Shown here one piece after another: positions 49,587 through 59,087 of a stretch of DNA of 64,000 bases (within the stretch, counting starts at the first letter, position 1; the number at the start of each line of letters is the position of its first letter). This DNA comes from Gemmatimonas sp. (GTDB lineage: Bacteria > Gemmatimonadota > Gemmatimonadetes > Gemmatimonadales > Gemmatimonadaceae). The notes beneath the pieces were generated by a model, which was given only the letters and a program-made list of their open reading frames with translations, ran no database searches and was not told the DNA's origin. The stretch lies in contig OZ257156.1 of assembly GCA_965279375.1 (NCBI GenBank), forward strand, positions 1,760,001 to 1,824,000. The letters run 5' to 3'. Both the position numbers and the translations under genes were made by a program.

Positions 49587-50401
49587 CCGGCACACCGCTG
49601 ATTGCGACAACCGGCTCCGCGAGTGACGCCGTACGACTTGGTCGCGTGTCGTGGTGGCGTTCGGCACTCGTGCTGATGCGGCTGTCATGGGTGCGCACGA
49701 TCACGCCGGTGCTGTTGCTCTCGATGGCAGGCCTGGTTCTGCTGCCAATGCTGTTCTCGCTGGTGTTTGCCTCGCGCGGCGCGTTGTCGGGAGATGTCGT
49801 CCCGTTCCTCGTGCAGCGCTACGATCAGTTGGTGTGTGCGCTGGCTACGCCAATCATTGCGCTGTTGCTGGGAACGAGCGCGTTCGGCGCGGAGGCCGAA
49901 GACGGTACGCTGCTCTATCTCGTGACCACGACGACGCCGCGATGGTGGATCGTGTGCGTGCGCATTCTCTTCGCGGCGCTGGGTACTGCGCTGCTCTCCG
50001 CGTTCGCCGTCTTCGGCACCGGTGTGATTGCCACCGGATTGCACGATCCAGAAGGGATTACGCGCGGATTTCTCACGGCGGCAGCGTTCGGCGGTGCCAC
50101 GTACGCGGCGCTGTTCACGCTGCTGTCGTTGGTAACGCGACGGGCACTCGTCGGTGGGCTGGTCTACGTGCTGTTCTGGGAGGGGATTCTCAGCAGCACC
50201 TTCCCGGCGATTCACTATCTCAGCGTGCGCCAGTGGATGCTGGCCGTCGCGAGCAACTACACCACGTCCACTGAGGCGGTGCTGCAGCACGGACCGTCGC
50301 TCGCAGCGTCCGTGATCAGCGCTGCGCTGCTGCTGCTGGCCGCGATCATCTTCGGCGCGCGCTCACTGCGTCGGCCGCGACTCTCGCGCATCGGAACCTG
50401 A
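49583..50401 (+). CDS. ABC-2 type permease
   Basis: EAEDGTLLYL motif; about 6 TM helices. Confidence 0.85.
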   Translation: MTGTPLIATTGSASDAVRLGRVSWWRSALVLMRLSWVRTITPVLLLSMAGLVLLPMLFSLVFASRGALSGDVVPFLVQRYDQLVCALATPIIALLLGTSAFGAEAEDGTLLYLVTTTTPRWWIVCVRILFAALGTALLSAFAVFGTGVIATGLHDPEGITRGFLTAAAFGGATYAALFTLLSLVTRRALVGGLVYVLFWEGILSSTFPAIHYLSVRQWMLAVASNYTTSTEAVLQHGPSLAASVISAALLLLAAIIFGARSLRRPRLSRIGT

Positions 50402-50418
50402 TGCGTCGAGAAGCCGAC

Positions 50419-50460
50419 TCGCGCTGAATCGTGTCGCGCTGAATCGAGTCTCGCTGAAGC
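50419..50460. repeat. Imperfect 15-bp tandem repeat (TCGCGCTGAATCGWG) x2.8
   Basis: Units at 50419, 50434 and 50449 between convergent genes. Confidence 0.7.
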
Positions 50461-50466
50461 CCGACG

Positions 50467-51114
50467 TTATGCGCGCGCGTCGCGACCGTGCATGGCGGCG
50501 CGCAGCTCGAGGTCGGGCAATGCGTTGCGCAGGACGGCGTTGATCTGTTCGAGTCGTTTGGATGGCGCGCGTTCCGCGAGCAGCCGCTGGCGCGCCTCGA
50601 GGTCCACGTCGATCATCGATGCGATGGTCCACGCCAACTGCGCGGGATCGTCGGGCAGCGTGGGGAGCGCCGCGCCGGCGTCGTCATTGAGCGTCTGCAC
50701 GGCGCGCACCACGCGACGGAAGTGCGTGGTGACATCGTCGGCGAGAACGGCCACCATCACCGGCGACGTATCGGAGGTGTCGGGCAGCAGCGAGACCTCC
50801 GACATGAGATACGGCGCGTCGTCGTCGACGATACGCTCGAGCGCAAATCGTTCACGCCCCACCACGACGATGTTGGAGCGACCATCCGGCATCATCTCGA
50901 TGTCGGTGATCTCGGCGACGCAGCCCACGCGCCCGGCGGGAAGCTGCGTCTCTGGCACGCCGGCCATCGCGCAGATGATGCCGAACCGCTTGTCCGTGCC
51001 CCGCACATCCTCGAGCAGCTGCCGATAGCGCGGCTCGAAGAGGTGCAGCGGCACGGGTACACCCGGAAACAGAACCAATCCGAGTGGGAAGAGCGGGAGG
51101 CGCGCGGAGGTCAT
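50467..51114 (-). CDS. Lon N-terminal substrate-binding domain protein
   Basis: LPLFPL..VLFPG..LHLFEPRY, VGCVAEI, DGR; no AAA+ domain. Confidence 0.92.
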   Translation of the reverse strand: MTSARLPLFPLGLVLFPGVPVPLHLFEPRYRQLLEDVRGTDKRFGIICAMAGVPETQLPAGRVGCVAEITDIEMMPDGRSNIVVVGRERFALERIVDDDAPYLMSEVSLLPDTSDTSPVMVAVLADDVTTHFRRVVRAVQTLNDDAGAALPTLPDDPAQLAWTIASMIDVDLEARQRLLAERAPSKRLEQINAVLRNALPDLELRAAMHGRDARA

Positions 51115-51144
51115 CGAGACCGCAACCGGTAAGCGCCTCGGAGG

Positions 51145-51801
51145 TCAGCGGAACGTCGTGATCCGCGACAGCGCGTGGCGATGAGAGACGAAACCTTCCT
51201 CGGCGCCGTAGCCGAGCGCAACCAATGCGGTGATCGTGGCCGAGCTCGGAAGGCCGAGGATGTCCTTTACCTTGGCGGCGTCGAAGCCGAGCATCGGCGA
51301 CGTGTCCAGCTGCAGCGTTTTCGACAACAGCAACAGATACCCAAGCGCGATGTTCGTCTGCGCGTTCCCCCACGTGGCGCGCACCTCCGGCGTCATGCCA
51401 CCGAAAGTACGCTTGAGCATGGCAACCGTGCTTTCGAACTTGTCCGCCGGCATGGCCGGGTTGACGACCTCTTCGATGTTCTCGAGCACGTTCTCCATGT
51501 CGGAGTAGAGCGCGATGACCACCGGTGCACTGACCACCTGCTGCTGTCCGTAGGCGGCATCGGAGAGCTGCTGCTTGAGCGCCGGGTTGCGTACGACGAC
51601 GAAGCGCCACGGCTGGACGTTGAAGGCTGACGGCGCCCGGGAGGTGAGCTCGAGCAGCTCTTCGATCTGGTCGGTGGTGACGTTCTCGTCGGAGTAAACG
51701 CGAACCGAGCGACGATCGAGCGCGGCATGCTCGGCGGTGATGGCGAGAGTGCCGCGATTGGTGGCGGTCACGAAGAGCGAGTTGTTGTCAGACGTACGCA
51801 T
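51145..51801 (-). CDS. Nitroreductase family protein
   Basis: RRSVRVY, APSAFNVQPWRF, PMLGFD; AAGGAG RBS. Confidence 0.93.
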   Translation of the reverse strand: MRTSDNNSLFVTATNRGTLAITAEHAALDRRSVRVYSDENVTTDQIEELLELTSRAPSAFNVQPWRFVVVRNPALKQQLSDAAYGQQQVVSAPVVIALYSDMENVLENIEEVVNPAMPADKFESTVAMLKRTFGGMTPEVRATWGNAQTNIALGYLLLLSKTLQLDTSPMLGFDAAKVKDILGLPSSATITALVALGYGAEEGFVSHRHALSRITTFR

Positions 51802-51822
51802 GTTGCATCTCCTTTCGTTGTC

Positions 51823-51846
51823 ACGATTTACGTTATAACAGGTATT
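51823..51846. promoter_or_regulatory. Candidate MarR operator upstream of nitroreductase
   Basis: ACGATTTACGTTATAACAGGTATT; 17 of 24 nt identical to 52345-52368. Confidence 0.55.
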
Positions 51847-51867
51847 ACTTCAAAAAAACGCCAGCTT

Positions 51868-52338
51868 TCAACTGTTTGGACAGCGCCGTTTGACGTCGCC
51901 GAGGAGGGCGACGAGCTGTTGGCGCGATTCGGTGCCGAGGTCCGCGAGCGCTTCGGCTTCAGCCGTTTGCACGTCCGGGCGGGCGCGCTCGAGCGCGTCC
52001 ACGCCGAGTTGCGTAAGGCGGCCGTGGACAGCGCGGCGGTCCTTCTGGTCCCGTTCACGCGACACAAAGCCGACACTTTCAAGCCTGTCTAGCAACCGCG
52101 TGACATCAGGCGCCGGGCCGGCCAGCTTTTGACCGAGTTCGCTGCAGCGGAGGCCGTCGTCGCCCACCTCATGCATCGCCTGAAGCACGAAGTACTGGGT
52201 TGGCGTGAGCTGATGCGGTTCCAGGGCGCGCGCCAACAGCAACTCGACGTGGGCCGCAGCGGTGCGAATACCTCGCACCGCCTGTGAGACCTCCGCCGCG
52301 TCCTGCAGATCGAGCGCTGCCACGTCCTCGCTAGCCAT
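51868..52338 (-). CDS. MarR-family transcriptional regulator
   Basis: LTPTQYFVL, PDVTRLLDRLE..G, DRR..LT..G. Confidence 0.92.
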   Translation of the reverse strand: MASEDVAALDLQDAAEVSQAVRGIRTAAAHVELLLARALEPHQLTPTQYFVLQAMHEVGDDGLRCSELGQKLAGPAPDVTRLLDRLESVGFVSRERDQKDRRAVHGRLTQLGVDALERARPDVQTAEAEALADLGTESRQQLVALLGDVKRRCPNS

Positions 52339-52344
52339 GCGACA

Positions 52345-52373
52345 ACGATAGTCGTTGCAACAAGTGTTGTCCA
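52345..52373 (-). promoter_or_regulatory. marR promoter (probably leaderless) with candidate operator
   Basis: TGGACA-N17-TATCGT ending 6 nt before the ATG; GTTGCAAC palindrome in the spacer. Confidence 0.55.
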
Positions 52374-52444
52374 TGGGCGATCTTCGCCTTCGCTACCGCG
52401 GCGAGCAGCGCTCGGATACATTGCGGCTCCTGAAGTTGACTTCC

Positions 52445-52515
52445 GGCGCCGTCGCCAAGTGGTAAGGCAGGAGACTGCAAATCTCCCACCGTCGGTTCGA
52501 TTCCGACCGGCGCCT
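52445..52515 (+). tRNA. tRNA-Cys (GCA)
   Basis: Acceptor stem GGCGCCG/CGGCGCC, D-arm GCCAAGTGGTAAGGC, anticodon GCA at 52477-52479, GGTTCGATTCC T-arm, U discriminator; CCA not encoded. Confidence 0.97.
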
Positions 52516-52591
52516 CTCGTATTCGCTCCCCCACCGCAAAAGTTGGAACCGCCGAGCTCGAGTGACTTGGGCGCGAGCGAGACAAAGCACG

Positions 52592-52622
52592 AGAGCCCCA
52601 CCGGCGACGGTGGGGCTCTTTG
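52592..52622 (+). terminator. Intrinsic terminator downstream of tRNA-Cys
   Basis: AGAGCCCCACCG-GCGA-CGGTGGGGCTCT followed by TT. Confidence 0.8.
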
Positions 52623-52683
52623 CGTTCCTGCGGGGCCCTGGCGGCGGCCGCCAGGGCGAGTATGCGTCTCTCGAAGCCAGCCG

Positions 52684-53670
52684 CTACCACCGCGCCGCGA
52701 AATCGTAGAAGCCCGCGCCGCCGCGGGTGTCGTTGATCCGGATCACGGCGGTGTAGTCGTTCCGCGCGTTCGGCTGCTGCACCACGTCGATGTCACCGCG
52801 CCCCTCGCGCCGGTCGATGATCACGTCGACTGCACGGCGCGGCAGCGCGGCACCGCGCAGGTCGCTGCGCACGTCTTCGATGCGCGCACCGCTTCGGGTG
52901 ATGTAGTCCACACGCGAGCCGCGGATGCGGATTTCGGCGACGGCGTCCACTCGGCCGCTCCACTGGAGTGCGCCGCGGTCCGCGTTGCCGTAGCCACCAC
53001 CGTATCCACCATTCCCGCCACGGTCGTTGCGACCATCACGATCGCGATCGTTGCGATTGCGGTCGTCACGGTCGCGGTTCCAGTCGCCGTTCCGACGGTC
53101 GTCATCGCGACGGTCCTCATCCTGCCAGTACGCCGTCAGCTGGTAGCGGTCGGCGCCGCCACGTGGATCCTGGATGCGAATGACCGCCTGATAGCCGTTG
53201 CGCGGTGACGGTTGCTCGATGACGCCGATGTTGCCGCGTCCCTCATTCACGTCGAGCACGAGCACACCATATGATCGCGGCATGCTGCTGTTTACTCGCA
53301 CGCGATTCGGCAGGTCGCGATCGCGCCCCTGCGTCGTCACATCGCGACCACGCACCACGATGAATACATCGCTGTCCACCGTACCCGACCACGAGAACAG
53401 TCGCGAGGCCCCGCGCCGGTCGCCGCGGATATCACCTGCCCGCACGTCATACCGCACGTACCGATCCTCCACACGGCCATCAACACGGTTCTTGGCGTCG
53501 GCACGCTCGAGTGGGACATCGACTGATGGCGACACGCTTGGCGTTGCGCCGATGCGCTCGATGGCGGCGCCCTGTGGCGCAGCCTGCGGTGCAGCGAGCG
53601 CTGGCTGGGACACACTCAGCAACGCGGTGGACGCGGATACGACGGCAGCGCTCCAACGAAACAGCGACAT
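52684..53670 (-). CDS. Secreted protein with two repeated beta domains and an R/D-rich linker
   Basis: AGGAGG RBS, signal peptide; repeated WSG.VD...EGRG.I.V..QP..RN.Y.AVIRI.D.RGGA..Y domain. Confidence 0.8.
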   Translation of the reverse strand: MSLFRWSAAVVSASTALLSVSQPALAAPQAAPQGAAIERIGATPSVSPSVDVPLERADAKNRVDGRVEDRYVRYDVRAGDIRGDRRGASRLFSWSGTVDSDVFIVVRGRDVTTQGRDRDLPNRVRVNSSMPRSYGVLVLDVNEGRGNIGVIEQPSPRNGYQAVIRIQDPRGGADRYQLTAYWQDEDRRDDDRRNGDWNRDRDDRNRNDRDRDGRNDRGGNGGYGGGYGNADRGALQWSGRVDAVAEIRIRGSRVDYITRSGARIEDVRSDLRGAALPRRAVDVIIDRREGRGDIDVVQQPNARNDYTAVIRINDTRGGAGFYDFAARW

Positions 53671-53733
53671 GAGACCTCCTGATCCAAACGTCGGCGGGGC
53701 CCGCTAGCAGCACGGGGTTCGGTGACGAGTGTG

Positions 53734-53748
53734 GCATCAGTGGTGCCG
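53734..53748 (-). promoter_or_regulatory. Possible sigma54 promoter
   Basis: Minus strand CGGCAC-CACTG-ATGC (GG-N10-GC), about 64 nt upstream of ATG 53670. Confidence 0.4.
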
Positions 53749-53985
53749 CTGCGGTCGCCGCCCCCTGTCGCCCACGCCGCCCGAGCCAACGCCATGTCCC
53801 GTCGACAGATAGCGGATATCGGGCTGCTCGCTCGGCGCACACCGCGAGAGCGTGGTGTCCAACTGCGGTGACACACCGGCGTATCCGGAATGGAAACGCC
53901 AACCGGAAGGCCGTCAGCGTGAGCGGGCGCAGGGCATTTCGTGCGGCCCCGCGAGGTCCTGCGAGAAAGCGACGCTGACCGCCTG

Positions 53986-54750
53986 CTAAAACCGCCAGCG
54001 CACCGACGTCGCGCTCACTTCCACATCGTGCCGCGTCACCAGCCATCCGCTGAGCGTGCCCACGGTCGCACCGGCCACCACATCGCTGGGCCAATGACGA
54101 GCACCGTACACGCGGGCACCCGCGACCAACGTGGCCGCGGTGAAGAGCGCGGGGCCAGCGACACGCGCAACTCGTGGCGAGCGCTGACGAAGCACCACCG
54201 TGGCGGCTGTCGCGAAGGCAAAGCTGCTGGAGGTGTGCCCCGAGGGAAACGAGGTGCGGCCGGGGGTGTTGAAGCCTTTCCCCACACCGAACACGTTGGG
54301 CGTCTGCTCGTTCACGAATGGGCGACGGCGCCCGAACGCGCCCTTGAAAAAGCCGTTGATCAACGCGTTGGCCACAATCGCCTCACTCGTGCGCACGCCA
54401 ACCTGTGTGAGACTCGGCGACCGCGTCGCGTAGCCGGCGCCGAGCATCGTAACGCTGGCGCCTACGAACCCGACGCCGCCTAAGAGGTTGAAGAGGTCCG
54501 CCGAGCTTTGCAGGAATGCAGACTCCTGCGGGGCAGGCGAGCGCATTTCGTGCAGCAACGTACGATCGAACGGCCACAGTATCAGCGCCGCGGTGCCGCC
54601 TGACGCGCCAATCACCAGCGCCGGATGTCTGGCAACGAATCCGCGCGATGAATCGGCGACGGGCGCGGCCTGCGCGGCGATCGGACCAGCGATCGCCGCG
54701 TGAGCGAACGTGAGCGCCGCCAATCGCCGCGCGGCGCGACGCGTCATCAC
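53986..54750 (-). CDS. PAP2-family phosphatase
   Basis: KGAFGRRRP, SFPSGH, ARVYGARHWPSDV; GTGA overlap with the ROK gene. Confidence 0.9.
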   Translation of the reverse strand: MMTRRAARRLAALTFAHAAIAGPIAAQAAPVADSSRGFVARHPALVIGASGGTAALILWPFDRTLLHEMRSPAPQESAFLQSSADLFNLLGGVGFVGASVTMLGAGYATRSPSLTQVGVRTSEAIVANALINGFFKGAFGRRRPFVNEQTPNVFGVGKGFNTPGRTSFPSGHTSSSFAFATAATVVLRQRSPRVARVAGPALFTAATLVAGARVYGARHWPSDVVAGATVGTLSGWLVTRHDVEVSATSVRWRF

Positions 54751-55967
54751 GCCACCTGCGGTGCTGCGTACGATGGGGCCGCGACGAGCGCCGTGGCGCC
54801 GCGTAACCTCGGCGATACCCCCGGCGGCTCCACGAGAATCGGTGTGGCCGCTGCGCTCGAGGTGAGCGCTCGCTCTTGAATGACACGACGGATGATCGGC
54901 TCGATGCGATCCCAGGCGTCGGTGATTTCACCGCCGACAATGACGTGCTCCGGATTCAGCGCGCTGATGATCATTGCGATTCCGAGTCCGAGGAATCGCG
55001 CCGTTTCGTCGAGCGCAAACGCCGCGCGTTCATCGCCCGAACGTGCGCGAGCGATCACGTCTGCCACGGAAAGGCCGCTGTCGCGCAGGTACTGCCGCGT
55101 TTCCTCGCTGGCGAGTTCGCGTCCGAGATAGCGCGACAGCGTTGCGAGGTTAGAGGTGTGCGCTTCGAGGCAGCCGCGGTTGCCGCAGAGGCAGAGAGGG
55201 CCACCGAGGTCGAGCGGGATGTGGCCGAACTCGCCCGCCGTGTGCGAATGCCCGCGAATCACCTGTCCATTGACGACGATGCCGACACCCACGCCGTCGG
55301 AGACAGTGACATAAGCGAAGTCGCTGCCGCCTTCCTTGCTGCGCTGGCCGAGCCACGTGTGCGCGAGGGCGCAGGCGATGGGTGCGTTCTCGATGTGCAC
55401 GGCGAGCCCGGTGGCTTTCGCGATCGCATCCCGCACGTCCACGTCGCGCCAGCCCAGCTGCGGTGAGTTGAGGATGCGTCCCGTGCGTTGATCCACCATG
55501 CCCGGTACCACGAGGCCGATGCCTTCGCAGCGCCCGCTGACCTTGTGTGCGTCGAGCAGCTGCTGGGTGCGTGCGACGATCGTGTCGATGAACTGGGACG
55601 GGTCGACGACGGTATCGAAGGCGTCGGTGGCGACCGCGTTGCCGGCGAAATCGCCGAGCATCATGTACGTGCGGCTGAAGCGCACGTCGATGGCGACGAC
55701 CAGCCGATCGCGCGTGCGGACAAAGAGCATCTTGGGCTTCCGGCCGCGTGGTGCGTCGACCGTTTCGCCTTCATAGATGGCCTCTTCGGCCAGCAGCTCG
55801 TCCACCAGCGAGGTGACCATGCCGCGGCCGATGTGCATCTGGCGCGCGAGGTCGGCCCGGGAGATGGGCTGATGGTCCCGCACGAGGTTGAGCAGGATCT
55901 GGCGATTGATTTCACGGGGCGTCGAGCGCGTGGCTCGGACGAACCGTCGGGTGTCGATCTTCCGCAA
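54747..55967 (-). CDS. ROK-family transcriptional regulator
   Basis: N-terminal HTH (ISRADLA, GRKP), GEFGH, CLCGNRGCLE; TTG start. Confidence 0.93.
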   Translation of the reverse strand: MRKIDTRRFVRATRSTPREINRQILLNLVRDHQPISRADLARQMHIGRGMVTSLVDELLAEEAIYEGETVDAPRGRKPKMLFVRTRDRLVVAIDVRFSRTYMMLGDFAGNAVATDAFDTVVDPSQFIDTIVARTQQLLDAHKVSGRCEGIGLVVPGMVDQRTGRILNSPQLGWRDVDVRDAIAKATGLAVHIENAPIACALAHTWLGQRSKEGGSDFAYVTVSDGVGVGIVVNGQVIRGHSHTAGEFGHIPLDLGGPLCLCGNRGCLEAHTSNLATLSRYLGRELASEETRQYLRDSGLSVADVIARARSGDERAAFALDETARFLGLGIAMIISALNPEHVIVGGEITDAWDRIEPIIRRVIQERALTSSAAATPILVEPPGVSPRLRGATALVAAPSYAAPQVA

Positions 55968-55994
55968 AGTGGGAGGGAGGAGGGAAAGCGGATA

Positions 55995-56053
55995 TTGCGG
56001 CCCGGAGGGATGGAAGGTACACTCCCGAAGGATTTGTTTCTAGCAAGAACAAA
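55995..56053 (+). promoter_or_regulatory. uxaC promoter with candidate ROK operator
   Basis: TTGCGG-N17-TACACT followed by the TTTGTT-N9-AACAAA palindrome (56033-56053). Confidence 0.6.
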
Positions 56054-56055
56054 AT

Positions 56056-57519
56056 ATGACTCCCCGCCTCCCTCCCGACCGCTTCTTCGACGCCGACCCC
56101 TCGCAACGCCGGGTCGCGCGCGCCCTCTACGAAGAGACCGCAGCCCTTCCACTGATCTGCCCCCATGGGCACGTGGACCCGGCGCTCCTCTCGGACAATC
56201 GGCCGTTCCCCGAGCCGACGGCGCTCCTGATCACCCCGGACCACTACATCTTCCGCATGCTGTACTCGCGGGGAGTGCCGATGGAGTCGCTGGGGATCCC
56301 GTCGCGCGACGGCACCCCGGTCGAGACGGATCCGCGTCGAATCTGGCAGCTCTTCGCCGATCACTACTACCTCTTCCTCGGCACCCCCACGGGCGCCTGG
56401 CTCTCGCATGAGCTCGTCGAGGTGTTTGGCATCGAGACGCCGCTGACCGGCGAGACGGCGCAGCGGGTCTACGACGAGATCGCCGAACGGCTTCAGTCCC
56501 CCGAATACCTGCCGCGGGCGCTGTTCGAGCGTTTTCGGATCGAGGTGCTGGCTACGACGGACGCGGCCACGGACACGCTGAGCCACCACCAGTCGATGCG
56601 CGACGCCGGCTGGCGGGGAACGGTGATTCCCACGTTCCGCCCGGACGCCCTGTTCCGCATCAGCCTCTCCGGCTGGAGCGGAGAACTGGCAGCGCTGGAG
56701 CGAGCGGTCGGACGCAGCCTCGGCTCGTACGACGATTTCCGCGCGGCCTTGGCGGACCGGCGTGCGTTTTTCAAGCAGCTGGGGGCGACGGCGACGGACC
56801 ATGCAGTGGTCGAGCCCTACACCGAGTGGCTGTCTCCCGAGGCGATCGACGCGCTGTATCAGAAGGCGCGTAGCGGTGTGGCCACGGCGGCTGACCAGCG
56901 CGCGTTCGAAGCGCATTTGCTCATCGAGATGGCGCGGCAGTCCGTGGAAGACGGGCTGGTCATGCAGCTCCATCCCGGATCGCTACGTGACCACAACGCG
57001 CGCATTCATGCGCGCTACGGACCGGACAAGGGCGCGGATATTCCCGTCGCCACGGAATACACGCGCAATCTGCGCGGCCTCCTCGAACGCCACGGCAACG
57101 ATTCGCGCCTGACGCTGGTCCTCTTCACGCTGGACGAGTCTACGTACGCACGCGAGTTGGCGCCGCTGGCCGGGCACTACCCCGCGCTGCGTCTTGGGCC
57201 ACCGTGGTGGTTCCACGACTCCATTCAAGGGATGGTGCGTTTCCGCGAGCAGGTGACGGAAACAGCCGGTCTCTGGAACACCGCTGGCTTCAACGATGAC
57301 ACGCGCGCCTTCTGCTCGATTCCGGCGCGGCATGATCTCAACCGTCGTGTGGACGCGAACTGGTTGGCCGGACTCGTTTCGAAGCACATCATCTCCATGG
57401 ATGAAGCGCGTGTGATGGCGCATGCCGCCGCGTACGGCCTCGTGCGCGAGACGTATCGACTCGATCGCGGCGCGGCGCGCGCTGCGGCGTCCGAACCGCT
57501 CACCGGCGGCGTGGCGTGA
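56056..57519 (+). CDS. uxaC: Glucuronate/galacturonate isomerase
   Basis: LPLICPHGH, PDHYIFRML, MQLHPG, GPPWWFHDS, GFNDDTRAF. Confidence 0.96.
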   Translation: MTPRLPPDRFFDADPSQRRVARALYEETAALPLICPHGHVDPALLSDNRPFPEPTALLITPDHYIFRMLYSRGVPMESLGIPSRDGTPVETDPRRIWQLFADHYYLFLGTPTGAWLSHELVEVFGIETPLTGETAQRVYDEIAERLQSPEYLPRALFERFRIEVLATTDAATDTLSHHQSMRDAGWRGTVIPTFRPDALFRISLSGWSGELAALERAVGRSLGSYDDFRAALADRRAFFKQLGATATDHAVVEPYTEWLSPEAIDALYQKARSGVATAADQRAFEAHLLIEMARQSVEDGLVMQLHPGSLRDHNARIHARYGPDKGADIPVATEYTRNLRGLLERHGNDSRLTLVLFTLDESTYARELAPLAGHYPALRLGPPWWFHDSIQGMVRFREQVTETAGLWNTAGFNDDTRAFCSIPARHDLNRRVDANWLAGLVSKHIISMDEARVMAHAAAYGLVRETYRLDRGAARAAASEPLTGGVA

Positions 57520-59087
57520 GCGAGACGGCACAGCCGCTGACCACGCTCGCGCGGTCCGCGGCATCTAAATCGCCGTCTGACGTCTCAGGCGCGCTGCTGG
57601 CGGTGCGCGTGGATGCGGCGGACGATGTGGCAGTAGCGCTGCGCGCGCTCGATGCAGGCACGTCGGTCACCGTTGATGGCACGACAGTCGTGACCACCGA
57701 AGCGATCGACGCGGGGCACAAGATCGCGCTCCACGACATGGCCGTCGATGCGATCGTGCACAAGTACGGCGTGCCGATCGGTAGCGCGACGGAAGCGATC
57801 GCCGCAGGCGCTTGGGTGCATACGCACAACCTCGCTACGCGATTGAACGATGGTGCGGGGTACGTGCGTCGCGCGAGCTACGGATCGGTGGCGCCGTCGT
57901 ACAACGCTGCCATGCCCACGTGGGAAGGCTATCGTCGAGCCGACGGCCGCGTGGCCACGCGCAACGAGATCTGGGTGATCAACACGGTCGGCTGCGTGAA
58001 CACCGCAGCCGAACGCATCGCGCGCGCCGCAAGCGAACGATTTGCCGGAAAAGTCGATGGCATTCACGCCTTCGCGCATCCGTACGGTTGCAGTCAGCTC
58101 GGCGATGACCTGACGCACACGCAGGCAGTACTGGGCGGTCTGCTCCGCAATCCCAATGCGGGCGGCGCGCTGGTGCTCGGACTCGGCTGCGAAAACAATC
58201 AGCTACCGTCTTTCCTGCAAGCATCGGCGCCGAGCGACATGTCGCGGCTGCGTTCGTTCAACACGCAGGAAGTGGACGACGAAATCGAAGCGGGAGTGCA
58301 GGCGATCGGCGAGTTGATCGAACGCCTTGCCGCAGACCGTCGAGAGACGGTGCCCGCGTCATCGCTCGTGCTGGGGCACAAGTGCGGTGGCTCCGATGGC
58401 TTCAGTGGCCTCTCGGCGAATCCGTTGCTCGGGCGACTGGCCGACCGCGTCACATCGCTTGGCGGCACCGTCGTGTTGACGGAAGTGCCGGAGATGTTCG
58501 GCGCCGAGCAGGTGCTGCTCGATCGTGTGGTGAGTGACGCGGTGTTTGACGACGTGACGCGCATGGTGGATGAGTTCAAGGCGTACTTCGTGCGACACGG
58601 TCAGCCGGTGTACGAGAATCCCTCGCCGGGCAACAAGGCGGGCGGATTGACCACGCTCGAGGAGAAGTCGCTCGGTGCGATTCAAAAGGGTGGTCGCGCA
58701 CCAGTGACGGGCGTGCTGCGCTACGGAGAAGCGGTGCGTGCCGGCGGGCTGCAATTGCTGGAAGCGCCCGGTAACGACGGCGTCTCATCCACGGCCATGA
58801 CCGCGAGCGGCGCGACGATGCTGCTCTTTACCACGGGTCGCGGCACGCCGCTCGGCTTTCCCGTACCGACGCTCAAGGTGTCGAGCAACTCGGGTATCGC
58901 GCAGCGCAAGCCGCACTGGATCGACTTCGACGCGGGTCGCTTGCTGACCGGTGCGCGCACGATGGACGCGCTCACCGACGAACTGTTCGCGCTCGTGCTC
59001 GATGTGGCGAGTGGCCGCAAACAGGCACGCAACGAAGTGCACGGCTATCGCGAGATCGCGATCTGGAAGCATGGAGTGACGCTGTGA
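57516..59087 (+). CDS. uxaA: Altronate dehydratase
   Basis: N-terminal SAF domain (GHKIAL, VHTHN), HPYGCSQLG, KCGGSDG, NPSPGNKAGG, FTTGRG. Confidence 0.94.
   Translation: MSETAQPLTTLARSAASKSPSDVSGALLAVRVDAADDVAVALRALDAGTSVTVDGTTVVTTEAIDAGHKIALHDMAVDAIVHKYGVPIGSATEAIAAGAWVHTHNLATRLNDGAGYVRRASYGSVAPSYNAAMPTWEGYRRADGRVATRNEIWVINTVGCVNTAAERIARAASERFAGKVDGIHAFAHPYGCSQLGDDLTHTQAVLGGLLRNPNAGGALVLGLGCENNQLPSFLQASAPSDMSRLRSFNTQEVDDEIEAGVQAIGELIERLAADRRETVPASSLVLGHKCGGSDGFSGLSANPLLGRLADRVTSLGGTVVLTEVPEMFGAEQVLLDRVVSDAVFDDVTRMVDEFKAYFVRHGQPVYENPSPGNKAGGLTTLEEKSLGAIQKGGRAPVTGVLRYGEAVRAGGLQLLEAPGNDGVSSTAMTASGATMLLFTTGRGTPLGFPVPTLKVSSNSGIAQRKPHWIDFDAGRLLTGARTMDALTDELFALVLDVASGRKQARNEVHGYREIAIWKHGVTL

Noticed and set aside
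52445..52700. tRNA-Cys as an integration site for an island
   Set aside because: No integrase and no duplicated tRNA 3' end seen in the window
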